A stretch of 64,000 bases of DNA from Lytechinus pictus (Eukaryota). Below are positions 57,481 to 64,000 of the stretch, piece by piece. The notes beneath the pieces were generated by a model, which was not told the DNA's origin, did no database searches, and saw only the letters and a program-made list of their open reading frames with translations. The stretch lies in NCBI RefSeq assembly GCF_037042905.1, contig NC_087251.1, positions 34,350,001 through 34,414,000 of the forward strand. The letters are read 5' to 3'. The translations under genes were made by a program, and so were the position numbers. Position 1 is the first letter of the stretch, and every line of letters starts with the position of its first letter.

Positions 57481-59211
57481 GTTGCCATTCTGCGCCTTTC
57501 TACAAGAATTGAAAATCAATGTGCTGTAGTTAGAATTAATATAGTGAGAGTTAATTACCAACAAGAATATGCAATTGATTGCAAAAATTTTTGTGTCAAC
57601 TCCTTTTTTATGTCTTTGTGAAAATCCCTTTGATCTTTATCATAAAGATGTTGGTAAAGATATGGTAAACTGTACAAATGGCAGGGTTATGGTAAGCCAA
57701 ATGTAGTTCTTTACATTACACCATCAGTTTATATCCAAATATGCAGGCTAAATATTATTATTAGTAATATTAAGAAGCATTTTCAATACAAATCATATTT
57801 TTGACTGGGTCTCCTTGAAAATGTTAAAAATATAATTATAATTTAGTTTTAAACATATGGGAGCTTGATGTTCCTGATTTGGCACTTCATACTCCTATCA
57901 GTTGTTCATTAAATTGTTTGTAATATCCTGCATAACTTTGTAACCAACTTTATGAAACACCTTCCCAGGTTATAAAGATGTTTGTACATATAGATTATAC
58001 TCATTTTGCGAAACAGTAAGTATCGTCTGTTCAGAGCCAAAAGGGTGTTTAGTCTGTGTGTGAACATCCTTCTTCAACAATGTTTTAGCATTTCTTGTAC
58101 ATGTCCTATTTGTTTCCTAACATATTGATTTTGATATATTGCAAAAAAAAAATTGTACAGTATCTTTTGTGTATTTTATTATGAAGAAAAAACATTAAAA
58201 AACAAGGCAGGTGACCAAACAATATAGACGAGTTTTTGGTTGTTTAATATCCACTAGATTGTTGTTTATGATTGTTGTGAACTGTGGCAAGATAAATGCC
58301 CGGATAAATGCAAAATAAAGAGGCTGGTGTAAGTGAAATAGTGAATAAAGATATGATTTATATGGGCATTGAAGAGGCAAGTACAATATGTCAAAATGGA
58401 GACCTTTATAAGAGAAAAGACTAAAGATATGTACATGCATGCTCAATTTAATAATCTTTTAATAGTAAAAGCAACTTCAACAAGTTTGACAGGAAATGAA
58501 ATGAAATTTAGAATTTAGAACCTACATTCTTGAAGTAGACTGAAGACTTGATAGAGAAATTTAGGAATTATTGAAAGTTAATGATCATAAATACACTAAT
58601 TTGTTTGATATCGGTGATTAGTGAGTTCAAATCACAACACTTAACCATGCATGGGCCAGCAGTTGTTACTTAAATTTCCTGTTGAACATTAATTTTCTCA
58701 TTCCTTGAATATTCAACTTTGATCCCTAAGTACTATGATGATCATTTGGAATACAATGTTTAAGGTTGAATGTTTGGTCTGGAAATATATATTTTTTAAT
58801 GAAGATAAGGTGAAACTTCAGGGGTTCATTTAATAAAAGTTACATCCATTGTAACTTTGTCATTATGGAGACTACCATGCATGTAACATGGCTCAGCCAA
58901 TCACAATCTAGGATTCTGTGGTAGTTGCAATGATGGCCAGGTTACAGTAGTTTAAAGTATTTATGGAACGGTCCCAGGGCAGTGTGGAGTGGTCCATTTC
59001 ACCTGAGCAAAATGTAACTCATCACACCATAATCCCTCTAAAAGCAATATCAACTTTAACTAGCTGTGTTACATCTCACCCCCTTCCCTTTGTTAATGAT
59101 CAGATGAATCTTATTAAAAAAAAATATTTAAAAAAACATGAAAATGGTGATGACAAGGTTTAAGTTACATTATTTTGCATTACTGATCTGCACGTTAGTA
59201 TACTAGTAGGC

Positions 59212-60666
59212 CTATTCTGGTATTTCTATGCTCGATGTTGTTTTCTGGTGGGAATCCGGCGATGATCCGTTGTATGATGTCGCCGCGGTGGGAGCGTGGT
59301 CGAGCGGGGTCTTGTCCTCTTCGCCTTCTCCATCGTCACCTACTGCCCACATGATACACTTTAAAGGTAGCTTTATGAGTGAGAGTAATAAGTCGAGGAT
59401 GTACTCAAGACAAGGCGCACAGCAGGGACAACAGATCTTCACTGCGTGGGGACAAAAGAAAATAATAAACAAGAGGAGAGGTGGAGAAAAAGAAAGAAGA
59501 GGATGAGGAAAAGAAGGAGAAAGAAAGTAGGAGGAGAAGGAGGAGAAAGAGAAGAAGAAAAAAATTAAGAAGAAGAAGATGGAGGAGGAGGAGAAGACGA
59601 AGAAGAAGGAGGAGAAGAAGAAGGAAAAGAAAAAGAAGGAGAAGGAGAAGAAGAAGAAGAAGATGAAGAAGAAGATGGAGGAGGAGGAGAAGACGAAGAA
59701 GAAGGAGGAGGAGAAGACGAAGAAGAAGGAGGAGGAGAAGAAGAAAAAGAAGGAGAAGAAGAAGATGGACGAGGAGGAGAAGACGAAGAAGAAGGAGGAG
59801 GAGGAGAAGAAGAAGAAGAAGGAGGAGGAGAAGACGAAGAAGAAGGAGGAGAAGAAGGAGGAGAAGAAGAAGGAGGAGGAGAAGACGAAGAAGAAGGAGA
59901 AGGAGAAGAAGAAAAAGAAGGAGGATAAGAAGAAGAAGAAGTAGAAGAAGATGGAGGAGGAGGAGAAGACGAAGAAGGAGGAGGAGGAGAAGGAGGAAGA
60001 GAAGACGAAGAAGAAGGAGGAGGAGGAGAAGAAGAAGAAAAAGAAGAAGGAGGAGAAGAAGAAGAAGAAGAAGAAGATGGACGAGGAGGAGAAGACGAAG
60101 AAGACGGAGGAGGAGAAGAAGAAGAAGTAGAAGAAGAAAGAGGAGGAGGAGGAGAAGAAGAAGAAGGAGGAGGAGAAGACGAAGAAGAAGGAAGAGGAGG
60201 AGAAGAAGAAGAAGAAGAAAGATGAAGGTGAAAATGAAGATGAAGGAGCAGGAGGAAAAAATGTAGATAAATCGATGAAGGCATGCGCAATACCGAATTG
60301 TCGAGAAGAGATCATAATTATCGTTACTTTGTATAATTCATGATTATCTGGTTTATTCTCATTATTCCTATAAATGAATAATTTTCTCTTCTCTCGCTCG
60401 ATCGCTGCGCACACTCAAACTTTCATTCAAGATATTAGGCCAATGACCATTTTCAAGCCAGGTGCTGTACTATCCCAAGTTTTATTAATAATGACTGTAC
60501 TTGAATTAGAATAGTAAAAAGGTATTTTATATTTACGTGGGCAACATATGATGCCAAGTACAATCCCCAGAAGACTGAGTGCAAGTAGCAGAGGTAGGCA
60601 GATGATCACAAGAATCACCTTCAAGATGACCTTGAAACAGACCACGAGACCCTCTCCACAGGACAT
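59212..60666 (-). CDS. Small Cys-rich hydrophobic/membrane protein, 119 aa, TAXIMIN-like motif
   Basis: Exons 60537-60666 (donor C|GTAAAT) and 59212-59441 (acceptor CGCAG) join in frame: MSCGEGLVVCFKVILKVILVIICLPLLLALSLLGIVLGIICCPLKICCPCCAPCLEYILDLLLSLIKLPLKCIMWAVGDDGEGEEDKTPLDHAPTAATSYNGSSPDSHQKTTSSIEIPE*. An acceptor (TTCAG) sits 3 nt before the ATG, and a candidate upstream non-coding exon ends at 61324 (AAAG|GTAAGG). Confidence 0.8.
59470..60260. repeat. ~790-bp (GAA/GGA)n polypurine tract in the intron of the Cys-rich gene
   Basis: Seen directly; it includes a recurring unit GATGGAGGAGGAGGAGAAGACGAAGAAG. Confidence 0.95.
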
Positions 60667-62379
60667 TTTCTGAATCCTCAGAATCGAAATATAAATAATT
60701 GGTGTTTAATTATAAGCAGTAATGTGATGACCAACAAGTTTTAGGGGCAGAATATGGCGTATGGGCAAAAAAAAAAAAAATATAATTGAAATCTAAATCT
60801 TTTATAAAATGTTTACCTATTTACATATCACTGTATGAAGCCAATACATAATATAATAATAATATAGGGTATTTATATTGCGCACATATCCACCTTGTTA
60901 GGTGCTCAAGGCGCTCCTATATTACCCGGCTAAGCTAGGCGTTCATGAAACCATGAAACATGAAACATAAAACCATAATATGTTTGAAATACGTATATAT
61001 TATACATTTTTATCAGAATAGTGGTAAATAGCGAACAAATAACGAGTTATTTTAACTTTAAACAATAAATTGTCGTTTTATCGTATATCATAAATTAGTT
61101 GTTTTTTTAACACTCTTTGGTTTTATATTCAAACTCTAATTTTAAAAAATGATGTCAGTTAACACCTCAGTTTTACTCTTTAATTAAACGAAACCATACG
61201 AGGTCGGTAAGCAGTTGAATGTTTATCACAATAGCACTCAACTTTCTATTATTTCTAATATTATTGTTTAATATAATGAAAAGAACAAGCGATCGCGTAA
61301 CGTTTCAATCAAAATTACCTTACCTTTGTTGCCTTTGTGTAGAGTATGTGCCTTCAATTCAAAGGGAAATTGAATCCATGAAAATAAATGAACGAAATGT
61401 CTTAAAATTCTGCACTTCAGCAATTAGAGATTAAACGAAAGCAGCTATTTCCCCAATAGATGGATCCTGCATATGAATTATGCGGGCCGGATTATTAACA
61501 ATACAGGCATCAGCTCCATATGTCCCTACTTTTATTTCATCCCCATGGCCTCTCTCTCCCCCTCTCCCTCTTCTCCTCCCTCCCCTCTCTCTCTCTCTCC
61601 CTCCCCCCTCTCCCATTCCTTTCCCTTTCTCTATATTTCCTCGCTGTCTCTCGTACCCTTCACCTTTCTTTATTAATCACCCTTCTTGTATAATATCTTC
61701 CCCTTTTTTCTTAATCAGAAATCTTGAATGATGGTGGGGGGGGGGTGTAAATCACCACCATTGATCAGTTTACGATCAAACTTGTTTCCCATCATGATAT
61801 AGTGCAATTTGCACAATTAATGTGGTCTTTATGTTATTATAATTTATTCATAATTTTGATCCCTTGTTAAGTTGGTGATACTTTTCTTCTCCCCCATTTT
61901 AGAGCACAGTGTATCACCCTTTAATGTAATGTGACCCTACTTGTTTCTAGCTTATTAATGTCCTGGCGTCTACTCGGTTTCCTTACAACCAACTGTTGGT
62001 TATGATGAGCGCTTCCCCTCAGACCCGCGTTGATTATTATTAATTAGTTTAATTATTTTTTTTAAGTATTAGGCGTATCGATTAAAAAACAAACATTTGG
62101 CAGTCCCATCAAACTCATCTCTGACGAGACAAAGAGCGGCATCCGATTGCATTGATGGGCGACTTCTCCTGAAAAGATAGTCTGCCCCCTCTCGGTAGCA
62201 GACAACACAACTGTTCTGTTCTTTATTCACTTTTATAATTGACCAACGGTACGCGACAATGTCCCCCGCGATCTTCTTATAAATTGCAAGTTTGCAATGC
62301 AGATTAGATAACTGATGGAAATACGTGATTTACTGAATTGGGTTCACTTGAAATTGCATGGATTTGAAGTAAATCCAGC

Positions 62380-62545
62380 TGGACTGTAAATAGGGACTAA
62401 TCAAATTCTGAATTTAGTTATATAATCTTACACAAAATATTTTCAAACCTCGAGGGATTTGAATTAAAATCATTTGATATTTAAAAACCAAGCCTTATGA
62501 TAAAAACTAAATTCAAAATTCGATTGGTCCCTAACTATAGTCCAT
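62380..62545. mobile_element. Small MITE
   Basis: Imperfect inverted arms TGGACTGTAAATAGGGACTAATCAAATT / AATTCGATTGGTCCCTAACTATAGTCCA. Confidence 0.6.
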
Positions 62546-63281
62546 CTGGGGGCGGAAATATTATGTCCACTTTACCCGAGTCGCCGCTCAGAGCTAAAAA
62601 CCAGAGGAGGGGGGGGGGGGGGTAAGGGGGTAACCATAAGTCATTGAGACTGGGATCTAATTAGCTTTATTCTTACAAACAAAAGTTACTGTGTCTCATG
62701 TTGCATAAAGAAACATTGTGAGCGCTTGGTAAACATTTGTTTGAGCTATTTCATTTATGTAGACTTGAAATCGACGATTTTAAGCACTTTTTGTAACCAT
62801 GAGTAAACTTTCTAACGAGAGCGCGAGTGAGAGCTGACTAAAACTGTTAATACACTAACATTAAGAGGGACAGTGTAAGGATTGTTTCAGTGACTTCTGA
62901 ATAGGATGCATACCTCACCAATAAAAATTCGACCCCGTAAACCAACAGAAGGGAACATAGGCCTATGCCTATTATGATCCCTGAAATAAAGTCTTGAAAA
63001 TGGTGATTGAAATTGTAAGTCTTTGGGGGGTATACCATGGCTTTTAAATTTCAGTCTTGAAAATGTGCTTATATCAGCAGCAACATCTCATTGTATGTTG
63101 TGATGGGCAGGTATGAACTTCAGTGGGGGTAGGGGCGATCGTCCCCTATATGCTGTTGGACAAAATAATAAAGAAGAAAAGATAAAAGGAAACGGAAGAA
63201 AGGAACTCTATGATAAAGAAAACAAATGTCTTGCTTTGGTGAATTTTATAATTCAGCTGTATAGAAAACAAAGTCACCTGT

Positions 63282-63411
63282 AGGCGCTATAGCTCTGTGG
63301 GGGGGGGGGGGTTCAGATTCAGGTGACCCAGGCTCGATTTCCACTTGGTGCGCTAGTGCCCTTTGGTAAGGCATTAATCCTCGGTCCCTTGGAGAGGACT
63401 TTAAACCGTCG
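63282..63411 (+). mobile_element. Decayed tRNA-derived SINE (Nin/Deu-domain-like), truncated by a Transib-like insertion
   Basis: GGCGCTATAGCTC head, then CCTTTGGTAAGGCATT and GGTCCCTTGGAGAGGACTTTAAACCGTCG. Confidence 0.55.
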
Positions 63412-64000
63412 CACAGTGGGCCAGGAGAGGGCAAAAGTGCGCCAAAACTGGTTTTTGGTCATGAAACAAATTTTGTTTTTTTCATGTTCTAAGCGAAGAT
63501 GAGAACCTGTAGAATGTCTCCATACAATATTGCTCCATTAAATTGATTATTAGTTGCCCATTTTTATTCAATATTACCGGAAAATGACTCTTTACGGCTA
63601 CCGCATATGTAAATGACACGTTTTAGATATTTCACTGTATTGACCAAACGGATTGCTCAATTTATTTCTAATTCACGGTGCTTTTTGATGAATAATTTTT
63701 CTAAGTGATCAAAGATTTTCAAGATAAAATTACAATTCCTTCAGAGGAAATTTAGGACGAAACCATTTGACATTGGGGGTTTTAGCAATTTTTTTTTTCA
63801 CGAGCATTTCTTTTACAAATTGCTGCCGATTGCTGCGCTGTAGATACCATGACGGTCTTTGTTATAGTTCATGCTTTACATTGATACTAAATTTAGCTGC
63901 ATATACGTGCATTTTCTGGAGATATAACCAATTTTCCAACCACATGTTCGCCGTATTTATCACAAAAATCGTTCCAAGTTAGTGTCCCATTATGCGCGTG
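63412..64000. mobile_element. Left end of a probable Transib-type transposon
   Basis: It begins with CACAGTG directly after CGTCG, at the point where the SINE breaks off. The other end is outside the window. Confidence 0.6.

Noticed and set aside
56964..57512. 182-aa ORF
   Set aside because: It has a non-ATG start, no recognisable domain, and runs through a SINE.
59481..60414. Long poly-F/S, poly-S/P and poly-K/E ORFs, including most of the 400-aa ORF
   Set aside because: They are artefacts of the (GAA/GGA)n tract. Only 59212-59441 is treated as coding.

Overview
This is AT-rich, intron-rich animal genomic DNA. The repeat landscape is consistent with a sea urchin or other echinoderm (inference). 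I built four spliced gene models by hand. (1) The first coding exon of a signal-peptide protein on the - strand (1886..1987), possibly TMEM145/GPR180-like, runs off the left edge. (2) A divergent calmodulin-like four-EF-hand gene on the - strand has two duplicated alternative last exons that change position 12 of EF-hand 4 (E vs D). (3) A complete 18-exon canonical nuclear poly(A) polymerase on the + strand (30877..49052, 811 aa) has a duplicated NLS/CDK-site module and an AATAAA inside a splice donor. (4) A 119-aa Cys-rich hydrophobic protein on the - strand (59212..60666) resembles plant TAXIMIN peptides. The non-coding DNA is full of non-autonomous transposons: a 4.2-kb foldback element, Penelope-type hammerhead ribozyme repeats in PAP introns, Kolobok/hAT/Harbinger/Academ-type MITEs, a Helentron-like element, tRNA-derived SINEs, and a Transib-like end with RSS-like features at the right edge. 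Family assignments come from recalled motifs; no database search was run.
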